Shown here: piece after piece, positions 40,790-54,382 of the stretch
How positions within the stretch are numbered: the stretch's first letter is position 1
Layout of the letters: every line of letters starts with the position of its first letter
Assembly (NCBI RefSeq): GCF_009914755.1
Contig: NC_060935.1
Reading direction: 5' to 3' (one strand)
Source of the DNA: the human T2T-CHM13v2.0 reference genome, Homo sapiens
DNA length: 64,000 bases
Made by a program: the position numbers and the translations under genes
The notes under the pieces: model-generated
Told to the model about the DNA's origin: nothing
What the model saw: only the letters and a program-made list of their open reading frames with translations
Databases searched by the model: none

Positions 40790-43700
40790 TCTAGAATCTG
40801 CAAGTGGACATTTGGAGGGCTTTGAGGCCTGTGGTGGAAAAGGAAAATCTTCACATAAAAACTAGATGGAAGCATTCTCAGAAACTACTTTGTGATGATT
40901 GCATTCGACTCACAGAGTTGAACATTCCTATAGATAGAGCAGGTTGTAAACAATCTTTTTGTAGAATCTGCGATTGGAGATTTGGACTGCTTTGAGGCCT
41001 ACTGTAGTAAAGGAAATAACTTCATCTAAAAACCAAACGGAAGCATTCACAGACAATTCTTAGTGATCATTGGATTGAACTAACAGAGCTGAACATTCCT
41101 TTAGATGGCGCAGTTTCCAAACACACTTTCTGTAGAATCTGCAAGTGGATATTTGGACCTCTGTGAGGATTTCGTTGGAAACGGGATATACTTCCCAGAA
41201 CTACACGGAAGCATTCTGAGAAACTTCTTTGTGATGTTTGCATTCAACTCACAGAGTTGAACCTTGCTTTCATAGTTCAGCTTTCAAACACTCTTTTTGT
41301 AGAATCTGCAAGTGGATATTTGGACCACTTTGTGGCCTTCCTTCGAAACGGGTATATCTTCACATCAAAGCTAGACAGAAGCATTCTCAGAATGTTTCCT
41401 GTGATGACTGCATTCAACTCACAGAGGTGAACAATCCTGCTGATGGAGCAGTTTTGAAACTCTCTTTCTTTGGATTCTGCAAGTGGATATGTGGACCTCT
41501 GTGAAGATTTCGTTGGAAAAGTGTTCATCTTCACAGAAAAAGTAAACAGGAGCATTCTCAGAAACTGCTTTGTGATGTTTGTGTTCCACTTCAGGAATTG
41601 AACTTTCCTCTTGACAGAGCAGCTCTGAAACCCTCTTTTTCTAGAATCTGCAAGTGGACATTTGGAGGGCTTTGAGGCCTGTGGTGGAAAACGAAAATCT
41701 TCACATAAAAACTAGATGGAAGCATTCTCAGAAACTACTTTGTGGTGATTGCATTCGACTCACAGAGTTGAACATTCCTATAGAGAGAGCAGGTTGTAAA
41801 CAATCTTTTTGTAGAATCTGAGATTGGAGATTTGGACTGCTTTGAGGCCTACTGTAGTAAAGGAAATAACTTCATTTAAAAACAAAACGGAAGCATTCAC
41901 AGACAATTCTTAGTGATCATTGGATTGAACTAACAGAGCTGAACATTCCTTTAGATGGCGCAGTTTCCAAACACACTTTCTGTAGAATCTGCAAGTGGAT
42001 ATTTGGACCTCTCTGAGGATTTCGTTGGAAACGGGATAAACTTCCCAGAACTACACGGAAGCATTCTGAGAAACTTCTTTGTGATGTTTGCATTCAACTC
42101 ACAGAGTTGAACCTTGCTTTCATAGTTCAGCTTTCAAACCCTCTTTTTGTAGAATCTGCAAGTGGATATTTGGACCACTTTGTGGCCTTCCTTCGAAACG
42201 GGTATATCTTCACATCAAACCTAGACAGAAGCATTCTCAGAATGTTTCCTGTGATGACTGCATTCAACTCACAGAGGTGAACAATCCTGTTGATGGAGCA
42301 GTTTTGAAACTGTCTTTCTTTGGATTCTGCAAGTGGATATGTGGACCTCTGTGAAGATTTCGTTGGAAACGGGTTCATCTTCACAGAAAAACTAAACAGG
42401 AGCATTCTCAGAAACTGCTTTGTGATGTTTGTGTTCCACTTCAGGAATTGAACTTTCCTCTTGACAGAGCAGCTCTGAAACCCTCTTTTTCTAGAATCTG
42501 CAAGTGGACATTTGGAGGGCTTTGAGTCCTGTGGTGGAAAAGGAAAATCTTCACATAAAAACTAGATGGAAGCATTCTCAGAAACTACTTTGTGATGATT
42601 GCATTCGACTCACAGAGTTGAACATTCCTATAGATAGAGCAGGTTGTAAACAATCTTTTTGTAGAATCTGCGATTGGAGATTTGGACTGCTTTGAGGCCT
42701 ACTGTAGTAAAGGAAATAACTTCATCTAAAAACCAAACGGAAGCATTCACAGACAATTCTTAGTGATCATTGGATTGAACTAACAGAGCTGAACATTCCT
42801 TTAGATGGCGCAGTTTCCAAACACACTTTCTGTAGAATCTGCAAGTGGACATTTGGACCTCTCTGAGGATTTCGTTGGAAACGGGATAAACTTCCCAGAA
42901 CTACACGGAAGCATTCTGAGAAACTTCTTTGTGATGTTTGCATTCAACTCACAGAGTTGAACATGGTTTCATAGTTCAGCTTTCAAACACTCTTTTTGTA
43001 GAATCTGCAAGTGGATATTTGGACCACTTTGTGGCCTTCCTTCGAAACGGGTATATCTTCACATCAAACCTAGACAGAAGCATTCTCAGAATGTTTCCTG
43101 TGATGACTGCATTCAACTCACAGAGGTGAACAATCCTGCTGATGGAGCAGTTTTGAAACTCTCTTTCTTTGGATTCTGCAAGTGGATATGTGGACCTCTG
43201 TGAAGATTTCGTTGGAAACGGGTTCATCTTCACAGAAAAACTAAACAGGAGCATTCTCAGAAACTGCTTTGTGATGTTTGTGTTCCACTTCAGGAATTGA
43301 ACTTTCCTCTTGACAGAGCAGCTCTGAAACCCTCTTTTCTAGAATCTGCAAGTGGACATTTGGAGGGCTTTGAGGCCTGTGGTGGAAAAGGAAAATCTTC
43401 ACATAAAAACTAGATGGAAGCATTCTCAGAAACTACTTTGTGATGATTGCATTCGACTCACAGAGTTGAACATTCCTATAGATAGAGCAGGTTGTAAACA
43501 ATCTTTTCGTAGAATCTGCGATTGGAGATTTGGACTGCTTTGAGGCCTACTGTAGTAAAGGAAATAACTTCATCTAAAAACCAAACGGAAGCATTCACAG
43601 ACAATTCTTAGTGATCATTGGATTGAACTAACAGAGCTGAACGTTCCTTTAGATGGAGCAGTTTCCAAACACACTTTCTGTAGAATCTGCCAGTGGATAT

Positions 43701-46100
43701 TTTGACCTCTCTGAGGGTTTCGTTGGAAAAGGGATAAACTTCCCAAAACTACACGGAAGCATTCTGAGAAACTTCTTTGTGATGTTTGCATTCAACTCAC
43801 AGGGTTGAAACTTGCTTTCATAGTTCAGCTTTCAAACACTCTTTTTGTAGAATCTGCAAGTGGATATTTGGACCACTTTGTGGCCTTCCTTCGAAACGGG
43901 TATATCTTCACATCAAACCTAGACAGAAGCATTCTCAGAATGTTTCCTGTGATGACTGCATTCAACTCTCAGAGGTGAACAATCCTGTTGATGGAGCAGT
44001 TTTGAAACTCTCTTTCTTTGGATTCTGCAAGTGGGTATGTGGACCTCTGTGAAGATTTCGTTGGAAACGGGTTCATCTTCACAGAAAAACTAAACAGGAG
44101 CATTCTCAGAAACTGCTTTGTGATGTTTGTGTTCCACTTCAGGAATTGAACTTTCCTCTTGACAGAGCAGCTCTGAAACCCTCTTTTTCTAGAATCTGCA
44201 AGTGGACATTTGGAGGGCTTTGAGGCCTGTGGTGGAAAAGGAAAATCTTCACATAAAAACTAGATGGAATCATTCTCAGAAACTACTTTGTGATGATTGC
44301 ATTCGACTCACAGAGTTGAACATTCCTATAGATAGAGCAGGTTGTAAACAATCTTTTTGTAGAATCTGCGATTGGAGATTTGGACTGCTTTGAGGCCTAC
44401 TGTAGTAAAGGAAAGAACTTCATCTAAAAACCAAACGGAAGCATTCACAGACAATTCTTAGTGATCATTGGATTGAACTAACAGAGCTGAACATTCCTTT
44501 AGATGGAGCAGTTTCCAAACACACTTTCTGTAGAATCTGCAAGTGGATATTTGGACCTCTCTGAGGATTTCGTTGGAAACGGGATAAACTTCCCAGAACT
44601 ACACGGAAGCATTCTGAGAATGTTCTTTGTGATGTTTGCATTGAACTCACAGAGTTGAACATGGCTTTCATAGTTCAGCTTTCAAACACTCTTTTTGTAG
44701 AATCTGCAAGTGGATATTTGGACCACTTTGTGGCCTTCCTTCGAAACGGGTATATCTTCACATCAAACCTAGACAGAAGCATTCTCAGAATGTTTCCTGT
44801 GATGACTGCATTCAACTCACAGAGGTGAAAAATCCTGTTGATGGAGCAGTTTTGAAACTCTCTTTCTTTGGATTCTGCAAGTGGATATGTGGACCTCTGT
44901 GAAGATTTCGTTGGAAACGGGTTCATCTTCACAGAAAAACTAAACAGGAGCATTCTCAGAAACTGCTTTGTGATGTTTGTGTTCCACTTCAAGAATTGAA
45001 CTTTCCTCTTGACAGAGCAGCTCTGAAACCCTCTTTTTCTAGAATCTGCAAGTGGACATTTGGAGGGCTTTGAGGCCTGTGGTGGAAAAGGAAAATCTTC
45101 ACATAAAAACTAGATGGAAGCATTCTCAGAAACTACTTTGTGATGATTGCATTCGACCCACAGAGTTGAACATTCCTATAGATAGAGCAGGTTGTAAAGA
45201 ATCTTTTTGTAGAATCTGCGATTGGAGATTTGCACTGCTTTGAGGCCTACTGTAGTAAAGGAAATAACTTCATCTAAAAACCAAACGGAAGCATTCAGAG
45301 ACAATTCTTAGTGATCATTGGATTGAACTAACAGAGCTGAACATCACTTTAGATTGCGCAGTTTCCAAACACACTTTCTGTAGAATCTGCAGGTGGATAT
45401 TTGGACCTCTCTGAGGATTTCGTTGGAAACGGGATAAACTTCCCAGAACTACACGGAAGCATTCTGAGAAACTTCTTTGTGATGTTTGCATTCAACTCAC
45501 AGGGTTGAAACTTGCTTTCATAGTTCAGCTTTCAAACACTCTTTTTGTAGAATCTGCAAGTGGATATTTGGACCACTTTGTGGCCTTCCTTCGAAACGGG
45601 TATATCTTCACATCAAACCTAGACAGAAGCATTCTCAGAATGTTTCCTGTGATGACTGCATTCAACACACAGAGATGAACAATCCTGCTGATGGAGCAGT
45701 TTTGAAACTCTCTTTCTTTGGATTCTGCAAGTGGATATGTGGACCTCTGTGAGGATTTCGTTGGAAACGGGTTCATCTTCACAGAAAAACTAAACAGAAG
45801 CATTCTCAGAAACTGCTTTGTGATGGTTGTGTTCCACTTCAAGAATTGAACTTTCCTCTTGACAGAGCAGCTCTGAAACCCTCTTTTTCTAGAATCTGCA
45901 AGTGGACATTTGGAGGGCTTTGGGGCCTGTGGTGGAAAAGGAAAATCTTCACATAAAAACTAGATGGAAGCATTCTCACAAACTACTTTGTGATGATTGC
46001 ATTCGACTCACAGAGTTGAACATTCCTATAGATAGAGCAGGTTGTAAACAATCTTTTTGTAGAATCTGCGATTGGAGATTTGGACTGCTTTGAGGCCTAC
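40790..46100 (+). repeat. More diverged copy of block J-K-L-M-N-O (offset 12,746 bp from 28044-33350)
   Basis: 28058->40804, 29758->42504, 30606->43352, 31456->44202 and 32306->45052 share markers, with about ten private differences. Confidence 0.85.
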
Positions 46101-49100
46101 TGTAGTAAAGGAAAGAACTTCATCTAAAAACCAAACGGAAGCATTCACAGCCAATTCTTGGTGATCATTGGATTGAACTAACAGAGCTGAACATTCCTTT
46201 AGATGGCGCAGTTTCCAAACACACTTTCTGTAGAATCTGCAAGTGGATATTTGGACCTCTCTGAGGATTTCGTTGGAAACGGGATAAAATTCCCAGAACT
46301 ACACGGAAGCATTCTGAGAAACTTCTTTGTGATGTTTGCATTCAACTCACAGAGTTGAACATGGTTTCGTAGTTCAGCTTTCAAACACTCTTTTTGTAGA
46401 ATCTGCAAGTGGATATTTGGACCACTTTGTGGCCTTCCTTCGAAACGGGTATATCTTCACATCAAACCTAGACAGAAGCATTCTCAGAATGTTTCCTGTG
46501 ATGACTGCATTCAACTCACAGAGGTGAACAATCCTGCTGATGGAGCAGTTTTGAAACTCTCTTTCTTTGGATTCTGCAAGTGGATATGTGGACCTCTGTG
46601 AAGATTTCGTTGGAAACGGGTTCATCTTCACAGAAAAACTAAACAGGAGCATTCTCAGAAACTGCTTTGTGATGTTTGTGTTCCACTTCAGGAATTGAAC
46701 TTTCCTCTTGACAGAGCAGCTCTGAAACCCTCTTTTTCTAGAATCTGCAAGTGGACATTTGGAGGGCTTTGAGTCCTGTGGTGGAAAAGGAAAATCTTCA
46801 CATAAAAACTAGATGGAAGCATTCTCAGAAACTACTTTGTGATGATTGCATTCGACTCACAGAGTTGAACATTCCTATAGATAGAGCAGGTTGTAAACAA
46901 TCTTTTTGTAGAATCTGCGATTGGAGATTTGGACTGCTTTGAGGCCTACTGTAGTAAAGGAAATAACTTCATCTAAAAACCAAACGGAAGCATTCACAGA
47001 CAATTCTTAGTGATCATTGGATTGAACTAACAGAGCTGAACATTCCTTTAGATGGAGCAGTTTCCAAACACACTTTCTGTAGAATCTGCAAGTGGACATT
47101 TGGACCTCTCTGAGGATTTCGTTGGAAACGGGATAAACTTCCCAGAACTACACGGAAGCATTCTGAGAAACTTCTTTGTGATGTTTGCATTCAACTCACA
47201 GAGTTGAACCTTGCTTTCATAGTTCAGCTTTCAAACACTCTTTTTGTACAATCTGCAAGTGGATATTTGGACCACTTTGTGGCCTTCCTTCGAAACGGGT
47301 ATATCTTCACATCAAACCTAGACAGAAGCATTCTCAGAATGTTTCCTGTGATGACTGCATTCAACTCACAGAGGTGAACAATCCTGCTGATGGAGCAGTT
47401 TTGAAACTCTCTTTCTTTGGATTCTGCAAGTGGATATGTGGACCTCTGTGAAGATTTCGTTGGAAACGGGTTCATCTTCACAGAAAAACTAAACAGGAGC
47501 ATTCTCAGAAACTGCTTTGTGATGTTTGTGTTCCACTTCAGGAATTGAACTTTCCTCTTGACAGAGCAGCTCTGAAACCCTCTTTTCTAGAATCTGCAAG
47601 TGGACATTTGGAGGGCTTTGAGGCCTGTGGTGGAAAAGGAAAATCTTCACATAAAAACTAGATGGAAGCATTCTCAGAAACTACTTTGTGATGATTGCAT
47701 TCGACTCACAGAGTTGAACATTCCTATAGATAGAGCAGGTTGTAAACAATCTTTTCGTAGAATCTGCGATTGGAGATTTGGACTGCTTTGAGGCCTACTG
47801 TAGTAAAGGAAATAACTTCATCTAAAAACCAAACGGAAGCATTCACAGACAATTCTTAGTGATCATTGGATTGAACTAACAGAGCTGAACATTCCTTTAG
47901 ATGGAGCAGTTTCCAAACACACTTTCTGTAGAATCTGCCAGTGGATATTTTGACCTCTCTGAGGATTTCGTTGGAAAAGGGATAAACTTCCCAAAACTAC
48001 ACGGAAGCATTCTGAGAAACTTCTTTGTGATGTTTGCATTCAACTCACGGGGTTGAAACTTGCTTTCATAGTTCAGCTTTCAAACACTCTTTTTGTAGAA
48101 TCTGCAAGTGGATATTTGGACCACTTTGTGGCCTTCCTTCGAAACGGGTATATCTTCACATCAAACCTAGACAGAAGCATTCTCAGAATGTTTCCTGTGA
48201 TGACTGCATTCAACTCACAGAGGTGAAAAATCCTGTTGATGGAGCAGTTTTGAAACTCTCTTTCTTTGGATTCTGCAAGTGGATATGTGGACCTCTGTGA
48301 AGATTTCGTTGGAAACGGGTTCATCTTCACAGAAAAACTAAACAGGAGCATTCTCAGAAACTGCTTTGTGATGTTTGTGTTCCACTTCAAGAATTGAACT
48401 TTCCTCTTGACAGAGCAGCTCTGAAACCCTCTTTTTCTAGAATCTGCAAGTGGACATTTGGAGGGCTTTGAGGCCTGTGGTGGAAAAGGAAAATCTTCAC
48501 ATAAAAACTAGATGGAAGCATTCTCAGAAACTACTTTGTGATGATTGCATTCGACCCACAGAGTTGAACATTCCTATAGATAGAGCAGGTTGTAAAGAAT
48601 CTTTTTGTAGAATCTGCGATTGGAGATTTGCACTGCTTTGAGGCCTACTGTAGTAAAGGAAATAACTTCATCTAAAAACCAAACGGAAGCATTCAGAGAC
48701 AATTCTTAGTGATCATTGGATTGAACTAACAGAGCTGAACATCACTTTAGATTGCGCAGTTTCCAAACACACTTTCTGTAGAATCTGCAGGTGGATATTT
48801 GGACCTCTCTGAGGATTTCGTTGGAAACGGGATAAACTTCCCAGAACTACACGGAAGCATTCTGAGAAACTTCTTTGTGATGTTTGCATTCAACTCACAG
48901 GGTTGAAACTTGCTTTCATAGTTCAGCTTTCAAACACTCTTTTTGTAGAATCTGCAAGTGGATATTTGGACCACTTTGTGGCCTTCCTTCGAAACGGGTA
49001 TATCTTCACATCAAACCTAGACAGAAGCATTCTCAGAATGTTTCCTGTGATGACTGCATTCAACACACAGAGATGAACAATCCTGCTGATGGAGCAGTTT

Positions 49101-51608
49101 TGAAACTCTCTTTCTTTGGATTCTGCAAGTGGATATGTGGACCTCTGTGAGGATTTCGTTGGAAACGGGTTCATCTTCACAGAAAAACTAAACAGAAGCA
49201 TTCTCAGAAACTGCTTTGTGATGGTTGTGTTCCACTTCAAGAATTGAACTTTCCTCTTGACAGAGCAGCTCTGAAACCCTCTTTTTCTAGAATCTGCAAG
49301 TGGACATTTGGAGGGCTTTGAGGCCTGTGGTGGAAAAGGAAAATCTTCACATAAAAACTAGATGGAAGCATTCTCACAAACTACTTTGTGATGATTGCAT
49401 TCGACTCACAGAGTTGAACATTCCTATAGATAGAGCAGGTTGTAAACAATCTTTTTGTAGAATCTGCGATTGGAGATTTGGACTGCTTTGAGGCCTACTG
49501 TAGTAAAGGAAAGAACTTCATCTAAAAACCAAACGGAAGCATTCACAGCCAATTCTTGGTGATCATTGGATTGAACTAACAGAGCTGAACATTCCTTTAG
49601 ATGGCGCAGTTTCCAAACACACTTTCTGTAGAATCTGCAAGTGGATATTTGGACCTCTCTGAGGATTTCGTTGGAAACGGGATAAAATTCCCAGAACTAC
49701 ACGGAAGCATTCTGAGAAACTTCTTTGTGATGTTTGCATTCAACTCACAGAGTTGAACATGGTTTCGTAGTTCAGCTTTCAAACACTCTTTTTGTAGAAT
49801 CTGCAAGTGGATATTTGGACCACTTTGTGGCCTTCCTTCGAAACGGGTATATCTTCACATCAAACCTAGACAGAAGCATTCTCAGAATGTTTCCTGTGAT
49901 GACTGCATTCAACTCACAGAGGTGAACAATCCTGCTGATGGAGCAGTTTTGAAACTCTCTTTCTTTGGATTCTGCAAGTGGATATGTGGACCTCTGTGAA
50001 GATTTCGTTGGAAACGGGTTCATCTTCACAGAAAAACTAAACAGGAGCATTCTCAGAAACTGCTTTGTGATGTTTGTGTTCCACTTCAGGAATTGAACTT
50101 TCCTCTTGACAGAGCAGCTCTGAAACCCTCTTTTTCTAGAATCTGCAAGTGGACATTTGGAGGGCTTTGAGTCCTGTGGTGGAAAAGGAAAATCTTCACA
50201 TAAAAACTAGATGGAAGCATTCTCAGAAACTACTTTGTGATGATTGCATTCGACTCACAGAGTTGAACATTCCTATAGATAGAGCAGGTTGTAAACAATC
50301 TTTTTGTAGAATCTGCGATTGGAGATTTGGACTGCTTTGAGGCCTACTGTAGTAAAGGAAATAACTTCATCTAAAAACCAAACGGAAGCATTCACAGACA
50401 ATTCTTAGTGATCATTGGATTGAACTAACAGAGCTGAACATTCCTTTAGATGGAGCAGTTTCCAAACACACTTTCTGTAGAATCTGCAAGTGGACATTTG
50501 GACCTCTCTGAGGATTTCGTTGGAAACGGGATAAACTTCCCAGAACTACACGGAAGCATTCTGAGAAACTTCTTTGTGATGTTTGCATTCAACTCACAGA
50601 GTTGAACCTTGCTTTCATAGTTCAGCTTTCAAACACTCTTTTTGTACAATCTGCAAGTGGATATTTGGACCACTTTGTGGCCTTCCTTCGAAACGGGTAT
50701 ATCTTCACATCAAACCTAGACAGAAGCATTCTCAGAATGTTTCCTGTGATGACTGCATTCAACTCACAGAGGTGAACAATCCTGCTGATGGAGCAGTTTT
50801 GAAACTCTCTTTCTTTGGATTCTGCAAGTGGATATGTGGACCTCTGTGAAGATTTCGTTGGAAACGGGTTCATCTTCACAGAAAAACTAAACAGGAGCAT
50901 TCTCAGAAACTGCTTTGTGATGTTTGTGTTCCACTTCAGGAATTGAACTTTCCTCTTGACAGAGCAGCTCTGAAACCCTCTTTTCTAGAATCTGCAAGTG
51001 GACATTTGGAGGGCTTTGAGGCCTGTGGTGGAAAAGGAAAATCTTCACATAAAAACTAGATGGAAGCATTCTCAGAAACTACTTTGTGATGATTGCATTC
51101 GACTCACAGAGTTGAACATTCCTATAGATAGAGCAGGTTGTAAACAATCTTTTCGTAGAATCTGCGATTGGAGATTTGGACTGCTTTGAGGCCTACTGTA
51201 GTAAAGGAAATAACTTCATCTAAAAACCAAACGGAAGCATTCACAGACAATTCTTAGTGATCATTGGATTGAACTAACAGAGCTGAACATTCCTTTAGAT
51301 GGAGCAGTTTCCAAACACACTTTCTGTAGAATCTGCCAGTGGATATTTTGACCTCTCTGAGGATTTCGTTGGAAAAGGGATAAACTTCCCAAAACTACAC
51401 GGAAGCATTCTGAGAAACTTCTTTGTGATGTTTGCATTCAACTCACGGGGTTGAAACTTGCTTTCATAGTTCAGCTTTCAAACACTCTTTTTGTAGAATC
51501 TGCAAGTGGATATTTGGACCACTTTGTGGCCTTCCTTCGAAACGGGTATATCTTCACATCAAACCTAGACAGAAGCATTCTCAGAATGTTTCCTGTGATG
51601 ACTGCATT
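44665..51608 (+). repeat. Tandem duplication of 4 HORs (3,398-bp period)
   Basis: 45052->48450, 45902->49300, 46751->50149 and 47600->50998 share CATCACTT, GCAGGTGG, CAGCC/CTTGG, TTTCGTAG, TGTACAA and CACGGGG. Outer limits are approximate. Confidence 0.92.
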
Positions 51609-54382
51609 CAACTCACAGAGATGAACAATCCTGCTGATGGAGCAGTTTTGAAACTCTCTTTCTTTGGATTCTGCAAGTGGATATGTGGACCTCTGTGAGG
51701 ATTTCGTTGGAAACGGGTTCATCTTCACAGAAAAACTAAACAGAAGCATTCTCAGAAACTGCTTTGTGATGGTTGTGTTCCACTTCAAGAATTGAACTTT
51801 CCTCTTGACAGAGCAGCTCTGAAACCCTCTTTTTCTAGAATCTGCAAGTGGACATTTGGAGGGCTTTGAGGCCTGTGGTGGAAAAGGAAAATCTTCACAT
51901 AAAAACTAGATGGAAGCATTCTCACAAACTACTTTGTGATGATTGCATTCGACTCACAGAGTTGAACATTCTTATAGATAGAGCAGGTTGTAAACAATCT
52001 TTTTGTAGAATCTGCGATTGGAGATTTGGACTGCTTTGAGGCCTACTGTAGTAAAGGAAAGAACTTCATCTAAAAACCAAACGGAAGCATTCACAGCCAA
52101 TTCTTAGTGATCATTGGATTGAACTAACAGAGCTGAACATTCCTTTAGATGGCGCAGTTTCCAAACACACTTTCTGTAGAATCTGCAAGTGGATATTTGG
52201 ACCTCTCTGAGGATTTCTTTGGAAACGGGATAAAATTCCCAGAACTACACGGAAGCATTCTGAGAAACTTCTTTGTGATGTTTGCATTCAACTCACAGAG
52301 TTGAACATGGTTTCATAGTTCAGCTTTCAAACACTCTTTTTGTAGAATCTGCAAGTGGATATTTGGACCACTTTGTGGCCTTCCTTCGAAACGGGTATAT
52401 CTTCACATCAAACCTAGACAGAAGCATTCTCATAATGTTTCCTGTGATGACTGCATTCAACTCACAGAGGTGAACAATCCTGCTGATGGAGCAGTTTTGA
52501 AACTCTCTTTCTTTGGATTCTGCAAGTGGATATGTGGACCTCTGTGAAGATTTCGTTGGAAACGGGTTCATCTTCACAGAAAAACTAAACAGGAGCATTC
52601 TCAGAAACTGCTTTGTGATGTTTGTGTTCCACTTCAAGAATTGAACTTTCCTCTTGACAGAGCAGCTCTGAAACCCTCTTTTTCTAGAATCTGCAAGTGG
52701 ACATTTGGAGGGCTTTGAGGCCTGTGGTGGAAAAGGAAAATCTTCACATAAAAACTAGATGGAAGCATTCTCAGAAACTACTTTGTGATGATTGCATTCG
52801 ACTCACAGAGTTGAACATTCCTATAGATAGAGCAGGTTGTAAACAATCTTTTTGTAGAATCTGCGATTGGAGATTTGGACTGCTTTGAGGCCTACTGTAG
52901 TAAAGGAAATAACTTCATCTAAAAACCAAACGGAAGCATTCACAGACAATTCTTAGTGATCATTGGATTGAACTAACAGAGCTGAACATTCCTTTAGATG
53001 GCGCAGTTTCCAAACACACTTTCAGTAGAATCTGCAAGGGGATATTTGGACCTCTCTGAGGATTTCGTTGGAAAGGGGATAAACTTCCCAGAACTACACG
53101 GAAGCATTCTGAGAAACTTCTTTGTGATGTTTGCATTCAACTCACAGAGTTGAACCTTGCTTTCATAGTTCAGCTTTCAAACACTCTTTTTGTAGAATCT
53201 GCAAGTGGATATTTGGACCACTTTGTGGCCTTCCTTCGAAACGGGTATATCTTCACATCAAACCTAGACAGAAGCATTCTCAGAATGTTTCCTGTGATGA
53301 CTGCATTCAACTCACAGAGGTGAACAATCCTGCTGATGGAGCAGTTTTGAAACTCTCTTTCTTTGGATTCTGCAAGTGGATATGTGGACCTCTGTGAAGA
53401 TTTCGTTGGAAACGGGTTCATCTTCACAGAAAAACTAAACAGGAGCATTCTCAGAAACTGCTTTGTGATGTTTGTGTTCCACTTCAAGAATTGAACTTTC
53501 CTCTTGACAGAGCAGCTCTGAAACCCTCTTTTTCTAGAATCTGCAAGTGGACATTTGGAGGGCTTTGAGGCCTGTGGTGGAAAAGGAAAATCTTCACATA
53601 AAAACTAGATGGAAGCATTCTCAGAAACTACTTTGTGATGATTGCATTCGACTCACAGAGTTGAACATTCCTATAGATAGAGCAGGTTGTAAACAATCTT
53701 TTTGTAGAATCTGCGATTGGAGATTTGGACTGCTTTGAGGCCTACTGTAGTAAAGGAAATAACTTCATCTAAAAACCAAACGGAAACATTCACGGACAAT
53801 TCTTAGTGATCATTGGATTGAACTAACAGAGCTGAACATTCCTTTAGATGGCGCAGTTTCCAAACACACTTTCTGTAGAATCTGCAAGTGGATATTTGGA
53901 CCTCTCTGAGGATTTCGTTGGAAACGGGATAAACTTCCCAGAACTACACGGAAGCATTCTGAGAAACTTCTTTGTGATGTTTGCATTCAACTCACAGAGT
54001 TGAACCTTGCTTTCATAGTTCAGCTTTCAAACACTCTTTTTGTAGAATCTGCAAGTGGATATTTGGACCACTTTGTGGCCTTCCTTCGAAACGGGTATAC
54101 CTTCACATCAAACCTAGACAGAAGCATTCTCAGAATGTTTCCTGTGATGACTGCATTCAACTCACAGAGGTGAACAATCCTGCTGATGGAGCAGTTTTGA
54201 AACTCTCTTTCTTTGGATTCTGCAAGTGGATATGTGGACCTCTGTGAAGATTTCGTTGGAAACGGGTTCATCTTCACATAAAAACTAAACAGGAGCATTC
54301 TCAGAAACTGCTTTGTGATGTTTGTGTTCCACTTCAGGAATTGAACTTTCCTCTTGACAGAGCAGCTCTGAAACCCTCTTTT

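Noticed and set aside
19881-48227. Apparent enrichment of crossover intervals at CENP-B boxes
   Set aside because: Several intervals overlap a box, but boxes occur every ~170-500 bp and the intervals are 50-330 bp wide. Two junctions (1864-1963 and 12593-12596) do not overlap one, and there are too few events to claim enrichment.
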